Origin: a virus
IMG/VR virus record: IMGVR_UViG_3300013137_002966
Location: 29,723 to 93,722 of that record
Strand: one strand, 5' to 3'
DNA length: 64,000 nt
Shown here: one piece after another, positions 32,116 to 43,059 of the stretch
How the letters are laid out: each line of letters opens with the position of its first letter
Position numbering within the stretch: the first letter of the stretch is position 1
The notes under the pieces: model-generated
Databases searched by the model: none
What the model was told of the DNA's origin: nothing
What the model saw: only the letters and a program-made list of their open reading frames with translations
Made by a program: the position numbers and the translations under genes

Positions 32116-32299
32116 ACAGAATAGATGCGACAATTGTATTCACTATCAAAAACAAACAAAGAAAATAGGGTGCTGTGAAACTAATGTAGTTAAAATTTTT
32201 GCAACTCCTTTATTTGATAAAAATGGAAAAGAAAAGAAATTTCATATTACAACTAAATGTTCTAATTATTGTGATCTTTATGTTGAAAAGATCTTATAA
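32105..32299 (+). CDS. Small Cys-rich protein
   Basis: CDNC...CC...C...C. Confidence 0.55.
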   Translation: MEIKQNRCDNCIHYQKQTKKIGCCETNVVKIFATPLFDKNGKEKKFHITTKCSNYCDLYVEKIL

Positions 32300-32311
32300 A
32301 AAAATTAATAA

Positions 32312-33193
32312 ATGAATAAATATATTATTGTATCCGTAAATAAATCTGAAGGTAGAGTAGGAAATGATTCTAATTCACTATTAATGTACTTTGAATTAGG
32401 TTGGGAAATGGTAACAACACATCTCTTATGTAAGAGATATTATAAAGAAGGTAAAATATCTAAAGATGATGTTATTGTTACACAAAAAGATAGAAAATTT
32501 CTATATCAGTCTGTTTTTAACAATGTTATATCATATGAGGAATATTTAGAAATAAAAAAATCAAATCAAGATATTTCGGAATTAAACTTAGTAGAAAAAG
32601 TTTTAGAATCTTGTAAAAATTATTTTAATTTGTGTTATTTTGAAGAATATTATACATCAAATAACAATCAAAATAGAGAATATAAATATTTTAATGAGGA
32701 TAAGGAAATTATAACCGATTTCTTAAAATGTGATACGACAGCAATTCATAATAATAAAAAATATATTTGTTTTGGAATTAGAAAAAGAGATCATGCATCC
32801 TTCAGAAACATGAGCGATGAATGGTCTTTTCGTCTAATTAATGAATTAAAAAATTATATTAATATTTTTGTCGTTGGTAAAGATTCTGAAAGATTTTGTG
32901 ATGGTGTTAAGGTTAAACATGTCAATCTTCAAGAGTATGCATCATTATGTAGTGATCCTCTTTGTATTGCTAATATAGGATCTTTAAGTGGTATTATGTT
33001 TATACCTGGATTTTTTTCTAAGGCTAAATATAATATTATAGTAGATTTTGGAGGATCTGGTGATGCTGAAAATGGATATAATAGCGGTCATCCATTATAT
33101 CTTGCAAAATGTGTCAGATATAGTGAATCCAAATTTATTATTAACGAAAATAATGTAAGAAATATAGCAAGAATAGTGTTAAGCGAACTATAA
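32312..33193 (+). CDS. Putative glycosyltransferase-like protein
   Basis: IRKRDHASFRN and GSLSG motifs; context. Confidence 0.45.
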   Translation: MNKYIIVSVNKSEGRVGNDSNSLLMYFELGWEMVTTHLLCKRYYKEGKISKDDVIVTQKDRKFLYQSVFNNVISYEEYLEIKKSNQDISELNLVEKVLESCKNYFNLCYFEEYYTSNNNQNREYKYFNEDKEIITDFLKCDTTAIHNNKKYICFGIRKRDHASFRNMSDEWSFRLINELKNYINIFVVGKDSERFCDGVKVKHVNLQEYASLCSDPLCIANIGSLSGIMFIPGFFSKAKYNIIVDFGGSGDAENGYNSGHPLYLAKCVRYSESKFIINENNVRNIARIVLSEL

Positions 33194-33224
33194 AAAAAAT
33201 CCTCTTAAAAAAGAGGATTTTTTT
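33192..33224. terminator. Bidirectional terminator
   Basis: aaaaaaatcctctt..aagaggattttttt between convergent genes. Confidence 0.85.
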
Positions 33225-33226
33225 GT

Positions 33227-34162
33227 TTATTTTAAGTATTCTTTATTCAGTTTATCAACTATTTCGTTGAATTTATTTAATTCTTCTTTCTGCTCAATAG
33301 GTGGTTTTACAGCATCTTTAATACTAATTTCAACTATTTTTGTGGGTTCATCTAAAGATTCAACATAAACTTTATTACCTTCGATTCTATTAATATAGCC
33401 TTTAACTTTCTCAGTATTAATAAATTGTCCAGCATTTAATATTGGTCTTTCTTTTGGTGTCTTTGGATCAATTACAAAATTATTAAACCAAGCAATTTTT
33501 TTATTTTCTTGATCTTTAACGGCTCCAATACCAAATAACGGATTTGATTTAGGCTCTTTTTCTTCACCCAATATTGTATATTCAGGTTGTTTAACCTCTT
33601 TTTTATCAACATCTTTAAGACTAAATGCTTCGAATGTTTTAACATTTTCATCAATATCATCTTCATCTTCAAATTCAAGTACATTATCATCTTCTAAATT
33701 ATCTAAATCATCAGTATCTAGACCTTCTAGATCTTCTAAATCTTCATCATCTAAATCTTCAACATTATAAAATGCTTCAAATTTTTCGACATCTTCTTTT
33801 AAAATATCTTTTGCAACCTCGGTTCTTTTGGTTTTTTTAGATTCTTCTGGTTTCCAATTTTTATCAAAATCTTGAAAACTTAATACATTATTGATTTTAT
33901 TTTCCATAATTTCTTTTTTATTTTCTTTAACTAATGGTTTATTAACTAATTTTGATTTAAATGCGATTGTTTGTAATTTATTATCACGCTTAGAAAATTC
34001 TTCCCAAGATTCAATTCCCATATCGACTGGATTACCTATGTATTGTAAATTTGGTAAGTTTTTATTCATTCTATCATTTACGGTTAAATCACCAATATCT
34101 TTTCCTTTGGTTTCTTCTCGCATTTTTTTCAATTGTCTAACGGTTGTTTCTCTCGGTAACAT
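33227..34162 (-). CDS. Acidic hypothetical protein (possible head-internal or scaffold protein)
   Basis: KRTEVAKDIL motif shared with 52440; acidic tract. Confidence 0.6.
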   Translation of the reverse strand: MLPRETTVRQLKKMREETKGKDIGDLTVNDRMNKNLPNLQYIGNPVDMGIESWEEFSKRDNKLQTIAFKSKLVNKPLVKENKKEIMENKINNVLSFQDFDKNWKPEESKKTKRTEVAKDILKEDVEKFEAFYNVEDLDDEDLEDLEGLDTDDLDNLEDDNVLEFEDEDDIDENVKTFEAFSLKDVDKKEVKQPEYTILGEEKEPKSNPLFGIGAVKDQENKKIAWFNNFVIDPKTPKERPILNAGQFINTEKVKGYINRIEGNKVYVESLDEPTKIVEISIKDAVKPPIEQKEELNKFNEIVDKLNKEYLK

Positions 34163-34264
34163 ATAAAAAATTTATTTATGGTATATATAAAAAAACTAAT
34201 TTCATTTTTTTTAATATAAAACCAATATAAAAAACTATATATTTTAATAAAATAATGTTTTTTG

Positions 34265-35383
34265 ATGAAAGAATGTTTCGTAATCACTTCATATTGTAAT
34301 ACGCAGGATAGAGTTGAAGAATTAATAAAATGCATAAATAATTTAAAGAATTTTAATATAGATATATTAATTCATGCTCACTATCCTTTAGATTTACAAG
34401 TTCAGAAGCTTGCAACTTTCTACATTTACGATTCAACCAATCCCATCATCAGAGATGGATCAAAATCAATTATAAGATGGAAGTGGTATAAAACAGCAAA
34501 TAAATTATTAACTATACCTAATCCTGATTATTCATATGCTGTTATGAATCAATGGGTTGAGTCTCTTAAATTTCTAAAAGCCAAAAATTATGAGAAAATA
34601 CATATAATTAATTATGATACCTTCATTAGTGATTTTGTTTTTAGAAAACATCAAAATTTTCTTGATGAGTATGATGCGGTTTTTGAATATACCAATATGA
34701 AGCCTAGAGATTTCTCAGCCAATCAAGTATCTGATGAAAATTTAATATTTATTGTATTTTTTTCTATTAAAAAAAGTTTTGTAGATGTTTTCACAAATGA
34801 ATTAACTCTAGAAAAATATTTAGCATCTAGAGATACGATGCTAGAAACTTATATAATGGAAGTAATCAAAAAAATTGAAGAAAGAGGAAATCAAAAAAAT
34901 ATATCAATAGGTTTAAATTCGTATAAAATAAAGAAATTTGATGATTCACAATTTAAACTTCATCTAGGAGATGCTGTGACTAAAAATTCAATTGAAAAGA
35001 AAGAAGATAATGATGTATATACTACTATATCAGAAGCTAATGGTTTCGATCTAATTAAAAAGAAATATAAAGATGAATTTGGTAACGAACATGATTGGTT
35101 TTTTATTTTTGGTGGTAGCAATCATGAGCATAATAGATTTGAGATTTTATTTTTTGAAATTACTAAACCAATAAATAAAATAGTAATTAGTATAAAAGAT
35201 GAAACTATAACCGCATTTAATATAACAGAAAAATATCATTCAATATTAACTAATTTCACTATAAATGAAATAACAAGAATAATAGATAATAAACAACTAT
35301 CAATTTCAATTAATGATGAGCCGGTACAAGATAATATAATTAATGTTATGAAATTTCAAAATATTCAGCCTAAATTTGATTAA
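34265..35383 (+). CDS. Putative glycosyltransferase (paralog of 38390)
   Basis: MKECF.I..YC.T..R..EL..C N-terminus; NYD/DFD DxD-like motif. Confidence 0.5.
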   Translation: MKECFVITSYCNTQDRVEELIKCINNLKNFNIDILIHAHYPLDLQVQKLATFYIYDSTNPIIRDGSKSIIRWKWYKTANKLLTIPNPDYSYAVMNQWVESLKFLKAKNYEKIHIINYDTFISDFVFRKHQNFLDEYDAVFEYTNMKPRDFSANQVSDENLIFIVFFSIKKSFVDVFTNELTLEKYLASRDTMLETYIMEVIKKIEERGNQKNISIGLNSYKIKKFDDSQFKLHLGDAVTKNSIEKKEDNDVYTTISEANGFDLIKKKYKDEFGNEHDWFFIFGGSNHEHNRFEILFFEITKPINKIVISIKDETITAFNITEKYHSILTNFTINEITRIIDNKQLSISINDEPVQDNIINVMKFQNIQPKFD

Positions 35384-35397
35384 AAAAATATATTAAA

Positions 35398-35964
35398 ATG
35401 ATAGATAAGTATGCATATGGTAGATATAATTATATTAATGAAATATCAGATTATAAAAATGTAGATATTTATTCAAATATTATTCTACAAATAGTTAAAA
35501 CAACCAATTGTAAAAAATACTTAGAACTTGGTGTAGCTGATGGTAATAATATTCATTTTATTAGAAATAGTGTCGAAAAATGTGTTGGTGTTGATATCTT
35601 TGATAAATTAATAGATAAAAATAATATAGAATATCACTTGATGACGACTGATGAATTTTTTTTAAGAAATACTGAAACATTTGATATTATATTTATTGAT
35701 GCCAATCATGATTGGCTTTATGTGAGAAGAGATTTTGAGAATTCGCTAAAAATTCTAAACGAATTTGGTATTATATTCTTACATGATACAGATCCAATTC
35801 ATCAAATAATGTTACTACCTGGATATTGTTCAGATTCATATCATATACATGATTATATTTATTCAAATCATCCAGAGTTAGATATAGTTACTCTTCCAGT
35901 ATGTGATATGGGATTAAGTATAGTTAATAGAAAAAAAGATAAAAGAATTTCTAAGTTTATATGA
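35398..35964 (+). CDS. Class I SAM methyltransferase (Methyltransf_24-like)
   Basis: YLELGVADG, FIDANH, LHDT. Confidence 0.85.
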   Translation: MIDKYAYGRYNYINEISDYKNVDIYSNIILQIVKTTNCKKYLELGVADGNNIHFIRNSVEKCVGVDIFDKLIDKNNIEYHLMTTDEFFLRNTETFDIIFIDANHDWLYVRRDFENSLKILNEFGIIFLHDTDPIHQIMLLPGYCSDSYHIHDYIYSNHPELDIVTLPVCDMGLSIVNRKKDKRISKFI

Positions 35965-37427
35965 TAACTAAGTATGATGATACAGATTTCGTGTATGTGA
36001 CATGTGGTGACTTATATTATATGGATATAATAGAGAAGCTTGTAATTTCTTTATCTAATGTATCATCTAGAAAAATTATAGTATATGGTATAAATTGTAA
36101 AGTACCTTTTGATTATCCAAATTTAATAAAAAAAGAACTTATATTTCCAATAAAAACTAGTCATGATAAATGGTTTTGGAAACAACAGGTCTGTATAGAG
36201 TCACTAAAAGAAGGATTTGATAATTATATTTGGATGGATGGTGATATAGTAGCAAATATAAATATAGAATTAGCATCTAATTATTTTTCTCAAATAGAAA
36301 ATTATCCAATTGGTGAAATTCATGTACATGATGAACAAATTATTAGATCTCCAGATGGTTCAGCTCAACATATGGGTGAAAAAATATGTGAATATTTTAA
36401 TTATCCTAGAAAAATTCTCAAAAAGGATCTGCATGCTTGCTTCTTTCTTTATAATAAAAATTGTGAATGGTTTTTTATGGAAATATTAGATATTTTTCAT
36501 GACATTTATAATAAAGGTTTATATGATAAATTATTAGCTTGGAATGATGAAAGTCTTCATAATTTTATGCATAATAAATATGGATTTACAAAAACTTTAC
36601 CATTATCTAATTTATCGCTCCTTTGTCAACACGATAAATATAATACAAATTCAAATATTTTAAAGTTTTTTTATACTTATTGGAATGGAAAAAGTCCAAA
36701 TAATTTCGGTAATAGATGGGGATGGAATTATATTCCAGAAGATAAAAATCAAGTCTTATATTTTCACGAAAATAAAAATTTAAAAGATGCTGATGAAATG
36801 ATAGAATTTATTAAAATGAAAATGAATGAAAGTTTTAATAATTCAAAATCATTTTTTATAAATAAATATAAAGTAATAAGTTTAGAACAAGATAGATCAC
36901 ATTCAGAACTAAATCAAAAATATGACGAATGTAGACTTTTTGAATATAGAGAATTACTAAATATAAATTCTGGTGATATTGTTCTCGATATAGGTGCCGA
37001 TATAGGTTTTTTTGAAAGATATTCGTATCTAAAAATGAGTTCAAAAATTATATGTTTCGAATCAGATTTAGAAAAATTTGAATTATTAAGATTAAATTCT
37101 TATAAGAATACGATTCTTTTTAATTCAGATATATCAGATGAAGTTAATGAATATTCATATACCATAGATTATTTATTTAATGCTGGATTAATAGATAATA
37201 TCGATTTTTTGAAAATAGATAATATGGGTAAAGAAGAAAAAATTATTAATGGTATTAACGAAACTAATTTATCAAAAATTAATAAAATATCAATAAAATG
37301 GTATAATTTTAATGATATGAATGACGAACAAAAAAATAATATTGTTCAGAACTATTTAAAAAGAGGATTTAATTGCTGGGTAAATTTAAATCCTGGTTTT
37401 GCTATGATATATTTTTATAAGCAGTAA
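35961..37427 (+). CDS. Glycosyltransferase fused to FkbM-like methyltransferase
   Basis: WMDGD, NDES; LDIGADIG, DFLKID. Confidence 0.75.
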   Translation: MITKYDDTDFVYVTCGDLYYMDIIEKLVISLSNVSSRKIIVYGINCKVPFDYPNLIKKELIFPIKTSHDKWFWKQQVCIESLKEGFDNYIWMDGDIVANINIELASNYFSQIENYPIGEIHVHDEQIIRSPDGSAQHMGEKICEYFNYPRKILKKDLHACFFLYNKNCEWFFMEILDIFHDIYNKGLYDKLLAWNDESLHNFMHNKYGFTKTLPLSNLSLLCQHDKYNTNSNILKFFYTYWNGKSPNNFGNRWGWNYIPEDKNQVLYFHENKNLKDADEMIEFIKMKMNESFNNSKSFFINKYKVISLEQDRSHSELNQKYDECRLFEYRELLNINSGDIVLDIGADIGFFERYSYLKMSSKIICFESDLEKFELLRLNSYKNTILFNSDISDEVNEYSYTIDYLFNAGLIDNIDFLKIDNMGKEEKIINGINETNLSKINKISIKWYNFNDMNDEQKNNIVQNYLKRGFNCWVNLNPGFAMIYFYKQ

Positions 37428-37445
37428 AAATTAATATAAATTATA

Positions 37446-38393
37446 ATGATTAAAAATAAAAGAATTTTTATAACTGGAGGTGCAGGTTATCTCGGAACAA
37501 ATATTGTTAATAGATATTATGACAATAATGAAATAACAATCTATTCTAGAGATGAAGCTAAACATTACTATCTTAAAAAGAATTTCCCAAAAGTAAATTG
37601 TATTATTGGTGATGTTAGAAATTTTGATTTATTAAAAAGAGCATCTAAAAATCAAGATATTGGAATATTTGCTGCCTCTCTTAAACAAATTGGTGCAGTA
37701 GATCAAAATTATGAAGAATCCGTTAGAGTTATTATAGATGGTGCTATAAATTCTCGTAGATGTGCAGAAGAAAATGATATGGAGTCCGCCTGCTTTATTT
37801 CTTCTGATAAATCCAGAGCTGCTACGACACTTTATGGATCTATGAAATTTGTTGCTGGTGAATTATTTATAGTTAATTCAGAAAAAAGTTCTACTAGACT
37901 ATCTTCGGCTATTTATGGTAATGTTTCTAATTCAACTGGAAGTGTTATACCATTAATTTGGGATAGTATTAAGAATAATTATTCATTAACATTGTATTCA
38001 GAAGAAATGACTAGATTTATGTTAGATGTTGATGATGCCATTGATGTTATAGAAAATGCACTAGGAGTAAATGGTTATAATGTTATACCTAATGCTAAAA
38101 GTTTTCTTATTAAGGATTTATTTGAAATTTTCAAAGAGAAATTCGAATTAAAATATACTCTTGGTGAACCTAGAATTTCTGAAAAAATTCATGAAATTAT
38201 GATAGCAAAAGAAGAATTACCAAGAACATACTATTCAAAAGATAAAAATTGTTATTTTATGCATTATCTTGATATTCAAAAGAATAATATGGTTGGTAAA
38301 TTTGTTGGTGATGAATTTTGTAGTCGAGATTTTACATATTCAAAAGAAGAGCTGAGCCAGATTTTATTAAAAAAAGATTTCTACAAAGTATGA
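37446..38393 (+). CDS. UDP-GlcNAc 4,6-dehydratase (PseB/FnlA/CapD family)
   Basis: YSRDEAK, GDVR, SSDK, YGNV..STGSVIP, MTRF, EKIHE. Confidence 0.9.
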   Translation: MIKNKRIFITGGAGYLGTNIVNRYYDNNEITIYSRDEAKHYYLKKNFPKVNCIIGDVRNFDLLKRASKNQDIGIFAASLKQIGAVDQNYEESVRVIIDGAINSRRCAEENDMESACFISSDKSRAATTLYGSMKFVAGELFIVNSEKSSTRLSSAIYGNVSNSTGSVIPLIWDSIKNNYSLTLYSEEMTRFMLDVDDAIDVIENALGVNGYNVIPNAKSFLIKDLFEIFKEKFELKYTLGEPRISEKIHEIMIAKEELPRTYYSKDKNCYFMHYLDIQKNNMVGKFVGDEFCSRDFTYSKEELSQILLKKDFYKV

Positions 38394-39361
38394 AAGAATG
38401 CTTTCTAATCGGTGCGTATTGTCATACAGAAGAAAGATTGAATGAATTAAGGAGATGTCTAAGTAATTTAAAAAAACACAATTTACCAATTCTTATTAGT
38501 TCTCATTATACATTACCTGCAGAGATAATCAAAGAGGTTGATGGCTTCGTTTATGATCCTGATAATGAAATTTTATATCAAAAAGATTTTGCTAAATATC
38601 AAACAGGTTTTTGGTATTTTTATGAAGATAGTAACATTAGAATAGATAAAGCATTTGATTTTCATCACGATTATGCATTTTGGACTCAACTCAGAAATGG
38701 ATTTGCTTTAGCTAAGGATAAAGGTTTTGATATGGTTTATTTTTTAGATTTTGATGTTGAATTGGATGATGAAACCTTTTCTGAAATCAGAGAAGGTTCA
38801 AAAAATTATGATTCTTGTTCTTATCCATTAGCAGATTTTATGTATTTAGTTGTTTTTTCTTGCAACCCGAATATTGGACTTAAAGTGACAGAAAGTATAC
38901 CTACATTTTACGACTATTTTTATAATAAACCAGGTGAAACTAATGTTGAGAAAGTTTTTCATAGAGGCTTAATGGCAAATAAAGCTAAAATTAATTTAAT
39001 TTCAAAAAAATTAACAGAAAAATCTAATTTTCAAAACTTTACATCGGCTTTAAACTATATAAATAATAATTATTTTATAGATAATAAGAGATTAGTCGCT
39101 GGTATTTTTCCTTGTTGTGATGAAAGTGATAATATTTATTTATTTTCAAATATTGTTGATAATTCAAATAATTTTACAATTTATATTGAATATAATGGAT
39201 GTTTTATAAAAAGAGAGCAACTTCTTACACTATTAGGTAAAAATAAAAATAATAAATCTATAAATATATATGCTGATGGTAAACTTTTTTATACTAAAAC
39301 TATTGAAAATACCGAGCAATTTAAATCAATGAATATATTAAAAATAAAAAATAAATTATGA
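38390..39361 (+). CDS. Putative glycosyltransferase (paralog of 34265)
   Basis: Shared N-terminus; FLDFD. Confidence 0.5.
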   Translation: MKECFLIGAYCHTEERLNELRRCLSNLKKHNLPILISSHYTLPAEIIKEVDGFVYDPDNEILYQKDFAKYQTGFWYFYEDSNIRIDKAFDFHHDYAFWTQLRNGFALAKDKGFDMVYFLDFDVELDDETFSEIREGSKNYDSCSYPLADFMYLVVFSCNPNIGLKVTESIPTFYDYFYNKPGETNVEKVFHRGLMANKAKINLISKKLTEKSNFQNFTSALNYINNNYFIDNKRLVAGIFPCCDESDNIYLFSNIVDNSNNFTIYIEYNGCFIKREQLLTLLGKNKNNKSINIYADGKLFYTKTIENTEQFKSMNILKIKNKL

Positions 39362-40077
39362 AAATATTAATTTTAGGACACAATGGCTTATTAGGAAATA
39401 TGGTATATTCATATTTCACTTCTAAGAATTATGATATAGTTACAACAGATTTAAGATGGCCTGATGAGGATTTTAAATCATTTGTTTCCGAACAAAAAGT
39501 TGATTATATCATTAACTGTATTGGTATGATACCTCAAAAAAAACCTAGTGATGATCTCTATAATTTAATAAATTATGAACTACCAATATGGCTTGATTCT
39601 CTCGGTGTTAAGATTATACATCCAGACACAGATGAACCATCAGATACACCTTATGGAGAATCCAAAGAGATGGCTAGACAATCTCTTTCAGATAACACTA
39701 AAATTATAAAATCATCTATTATAGGCTTTGAAAAAGAGGGAAGTTATTCTTTTCTAGAATGGTTTTTGAATTCAGAAGGAACAGTTAATGGATTCACAAA
39801 TCAATATTGGAACGGAAATACGACTTTAGAGTGGTCTAAATGGTCAGAAAAAATAATGAAAAGTTGGGATCTCTATAATCATGTTACAATTTTATCAAAT
39901 CCATACTGTCTATCCAAATATGAAATTTTAGAGAAGATTAAGCAAATATTCAATAAGGATATTGAAATTGTACCTGTAGAGTCTTCTATATCAAAAAATA
40001 ATTGTATGCAAGGTGATTTTATGACTCCAAATTTAGTCATTCAATTAAAAGAAATGAAAAATTTCTATTCTAAATAA
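39358..40077 (+). CDS. RmlD-like NDP-4-keto sugar reductase
   Basis: LGHNGLLG, INCIG, YGESK, WNGNTT, SKYEIL. Confidence 0.8.
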   Translation: MKILILGHNGLLGNMVYSYFTSKNYDIVTTDLRWPDEDFKSFVSEQKVDYIINCIGMIPQKKPSDDLYNLINYELPIWLDSLGVKIIHPDTDEPSDTPYGESKEMARQSLSDNTKIIKSSIIGFEKEGSYSFLEWFLNSEGTVNGFTNQYWNGNTTLEWSKWSEKIMKSWDLYNHVTILSNPYCLSKYEILEKIKQIFNKDIEIVPVESSISKNNCMQGDFMTPNLVIQLKEMKNFYSK

Positions 40078-40091
40078 ATAAAAAACTCTGA

Positions 40092-40310
40092 TTAATCAGA
40101 GGTTTTTTTATTTTCTTCAATTTTATTTATTTTTGCTTTCCTGTCAAGTAATAATTTACTTTTTTTTGTTAATTCTATATCAGTATAATCCCTTCCACAG
40201 AGAGGACATTCTATTGCTATTGCTAACAACTTAACCAATAAGCTTTGATATTTGTTATCTCGAAAAGGTGGTTCAAAAATGCATCCGCAATGTTTACAAA
40301 CGTATTCCAT
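40092..40310 (-). CDS. Small Zn-ribbon protein
   Basis: CKHC...CPLC; TAATG overlap with upstream gene. Confidence 0.7.
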   Translation of the reverse strand: MEYVCKHCGCIFEPPFRDNKYQSLLVKLLAIAIECPLCGRDYTDIELTKKSKLLLDRKAKINKIEENKKTSD

Positions 40311-41080
40311 TATATATGACAATCTACAACTGTTAATAACGTATCTTCTGGCAATGATAATATAAGTTTATTAAATTCTTCTTTCCAATTTTCATTTTCA
40401 TGTATAGAAATACCCCACCATCCCATTTCACCTTTTTCATACCATTCTCCTTCTTTTAATAATGCATATGTTGAAAAATCAGAATTTCTTTCAATATATG
40501 ATTCTTTGGTATCATCTTTCTTCACATCATACATCCAATAAACATCATCATTATTATTAGCAATTTTTGCTTCAATTTCAACCCAATTTTTTTCTAGATT
40601 CTCTAGTTTTTCTTTTTTCATACCTTCAAAATCAATATCGCAAATTCTGGCACTATCTGCATAACCTATTTTAGCATTTTCTGTCATTAAACCAGGACGA
40701 CCTACATAAACATCTTCAGGGTATTTAGGATTTTCTTTAATTTTGAGCATTCCCGTCCACCTACCACCTATTGAATACCAATCCCATTTTGAATTTGGAT
40801 TTGTATATCTTCCCCACATTTCAGTTTCTCCGATAGTTTCCTTAATATATCCATGATATGAGTTTGCAAAATCATCTATGTTTTTATAATATAGATCAGG
40901 ACTTTCATCTTTTACTCGCAAGAAATCCTTTTTCATTTCTTGTTGATTCATTTCTGAAATGAATTCTGCACGCGGATCATTACGCATTTCGTTCTGATTC
41001 ATTGATTGTTCAAGTTCATAAAAAGCATCTAATTGCTCTTCAAAATTTTCACCAATAACTAAAACTGTAAAATGTGACAT
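40310..41080 (-). CDS. Conserved phage hypothetical protein
   Basis: MSHFTVLV, NPNSKWDWYSIGGRW, VVDCHI. Confidence 0.75.
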   Translation of the reverse strand: MSHFTVLVIGENFEEQLDAFYELEQSMNQNEMRNDPRAEFISEMNQQEMKKDFLRVKDESPDLYYKNIDDFANSYHGYIKETIGETEMWGRYTNPNSKWDWYSIGGRWTGMLKIKENPKYPEDVYVGRPGLMTENAKIGYADSARICDIDFEGMKKEKLENLEKNWVEIEAKIANNNDDVYWMYDVKKDDTKESYIERNSDFSTYALLKEGEWYEKGEMGWWGISIHENENWKEEFNKLILSLPEDTLLTVVDCHI

Positions 41081-41116
41081 ATTTTATGTATTTATTTTAT
41101 ATTATATATTTATTTT

Positions 41117-42451
41117 TTAAAGTAATTCATTCGCTAAGTTTGCTAAATCTGATCTTTCACCTTTTTCTAATGTTACGTGTGAATATAGTGAATGACCTTT
41201 TATTTTATCTATCATATGTGATAAACCATTACTTTGTGCATCAAGATAAGGTGTATCAATTTGTTGAATATCACCAGTAAATACCATTTTTGTACCTTCA
41301 CCAGATCTTGTGATGATTGTTTTAATCTCATGTGGAGTTAAATTTTGTGACTCATCAATGATGAAAAAAACATTTGATATGCTTCTACCTCTTATGTACG
41401 AAAGTGGTGCAATGATAATTTTTTCATCCTTAATACATTCATTTATAAATTTAAATTCCTTGTCAGCTTCTCTAAATTGGCTTTGAATAAACTTGAGATT
41501 ATCAAATAAAGGTTCCATAAACGGTTGAAGTTTACTATCCAAAGTACCAGGTAAAAATCCTGTATCACGATTACTTAATGGAACGATTGGTCTAGCAAGA
41601 AAAATTTGTTTGAAATTTCTTTTTTGATGAAGGGCACTAGCAAGTGCTAAAAGTGTTTTTCCTGTTCCTGCAACGCCCTGAAGTGAAACTAATCTAACAT
41701 CATCATTTAATAAAGCATGCAGAGCAAATACTTGTTCGGAGTTTCTTGGTGTGATTTTATAACAAGTTTGTTTATCAATTTTTTCAACCTTTTGTGTTTT
41801 TGCATTGAAATATGCCAAAACCGAAGAAGAACTACCCTTGATGATTAAATAATGATTGTTTTCAGTATTTTTTAATGATATGTCTCCTGGAAGGCAGAAT
41901 CCTTCTTTATAAATATTTGTAATAAGTGCATCATCTACACCTTCTATTGTTGATTTTCCTGTGAATAAATCTGAAGTATCTTTTATTTTACCTGTTAAAT
42001 AATCCTCAGAATTAATATTTAACGATTTTGCTTTTAATCTTAGATTTATATCTTTTGTTACAAGTGTAATTTTTTTATTTGGTTCTTCATTTATTAAAGT
42101 GAGAGTGGCATTGAGTATATGATGATCTGGCTTATTATCTTGAAAAATTTTAATAGCATTAATCACAGGATTTGGATTTTCTGTCATAATAACTTTAAAT
42201 CTACCCTTACTTTCATTTAAGGTTACCCAATTATTAAGAGTGCTCTTAAGTGCGATTTTATCTATACTTCTGATAAATTCTCTTGCTTCAAAATTAATAG
42301 TGTCATTTCCCTTTTTAAAATTATCTAATTCTTCAAATACCGTAATAGGTATTGCTACATCATTATCCTCAAAATTGAAAATTGCATTGTGATCATAAAG
42401 AATCACTGAGGTGTCTATTACAAAAATTTTATTACTTTTGGATTTAGTCAT
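41117..42451 (-). CDS. phoH: PIN-PhoH family protein
   Basis: N-terminal PIN domain (DTSV, TKDINLR); GVAGTGKT, RGRS, DESQN, GDIQQID. Confidence 0.95.
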   Translation of the reverse strand: MTKSKSNKIFVIDTSVILYDHNAIFNFEDNDVAIPITVFEELDNFKKGNDTINFEAREFIRSIDKIALKSTLNNWVTLNESKGRFKVIMTENPNPVINAIKIFQDNKPDHHILNATLTLINEEPNKKITLVTKDINLRLKAKSLNINSEDYLTGKIKDTSDLFTGKSTIEGVDDALITNIYKEGFCLPGDISLKNTENNHYLIIKGSSSSVLAYFNAKTQKVEKIDKQTCYKITPRNSEQVFALHALLNDDVRLVSLQGVAGTGKTLLALASALHQKRNFKQIFLARPIVPLSNRDTGFLPGTLDSKLQPFMEPLFDNLKFIQSQFREADKEFKFINECIKDEKIIIAPLSYIRGRSISNVFFIIDESQNLTPHEIKTIITRSGEGTKMVFTGDIQQIDTPYLDAQSNGLSHMIDKIKGHSLYSHVTLEKGERSDLANLANELL

Positions 42452-42453
42452 TA

Positions 42454-42975
42454 TTATAAATTATTTTTTCGATTATATATTTGATATGTGTGGTCAAATT
42501 CATTTTTATCATCTTTAGACTTGAATTCTTCTGATACTAATTTCCATTCATTTTCGTTTATTTCCGGAAAAAATGTATCACCATCTATATTAACATGAAC
42601 TTTAGTTAAGTATATAGAATCAGCATATTTTAAGAATTGTTTATAAACCATTCCACCTCCTATGATAAAGATGTCATTATCAGAATCTTCATGTTGTTTA
42701 GTAGAAGCAATAGCAATTTCTAAAGATTCTGGTACACTACGAACAGTAATTGCATCTTTTGCAATAAATTTAGGATCATCTGTTAAAACAATATTTACAC
42801 GATTTGGTAAAGCGCCATTAGGTAAAGATTCAAAAGTCTTTTGACCCATTATAACAGTATTCCAAGAGGTTAATTCTTTGAATCTTTTAAGATCATTACT
42901 TAATTTCCATAATAACTTGTTATTCTTACCTATGACCCAGTTTTCGGATACGGAAACTATTATGTTTATCTTCAT
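42454..42975 (-). CDS. folA: Dihydrofolate reductase
   Basis: IGKNNKLLW, MGQKT, LPNR, IIGGG, GDTFFP. Confidence 0.95.
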   Translation of the reverse strand: MKINIIVSVSENWVIGKNNKLLWKLSNDLKRFKELTSWNTVIMGQKTFESLPNGALPNRVNIVLTDDPKFIAKDAITVRSVPESLEIAIASTKQHEDSDNDIFIIGGGMVYKQFLKYADSIYLTKVHVNIDGDTFFPEINENEWKLVSEEFKSKDDKNEFDHTYQIYNRKNNL

Positions 42976-43025
42976 TCTTATAAATTTTTATTATACATAT
43001 AAAATATGGTAATTAAAGTTTAAAT

Positions 43026-43059
43026 AAAAAATGTGGATATCTTTATCCACATTTTTTTT
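43026..43059 (-). terminator. Intrinsic terminator downstream of nadE
   Basis: aaaaaatgtggata..tatccacattttt. Confidence 0.75.
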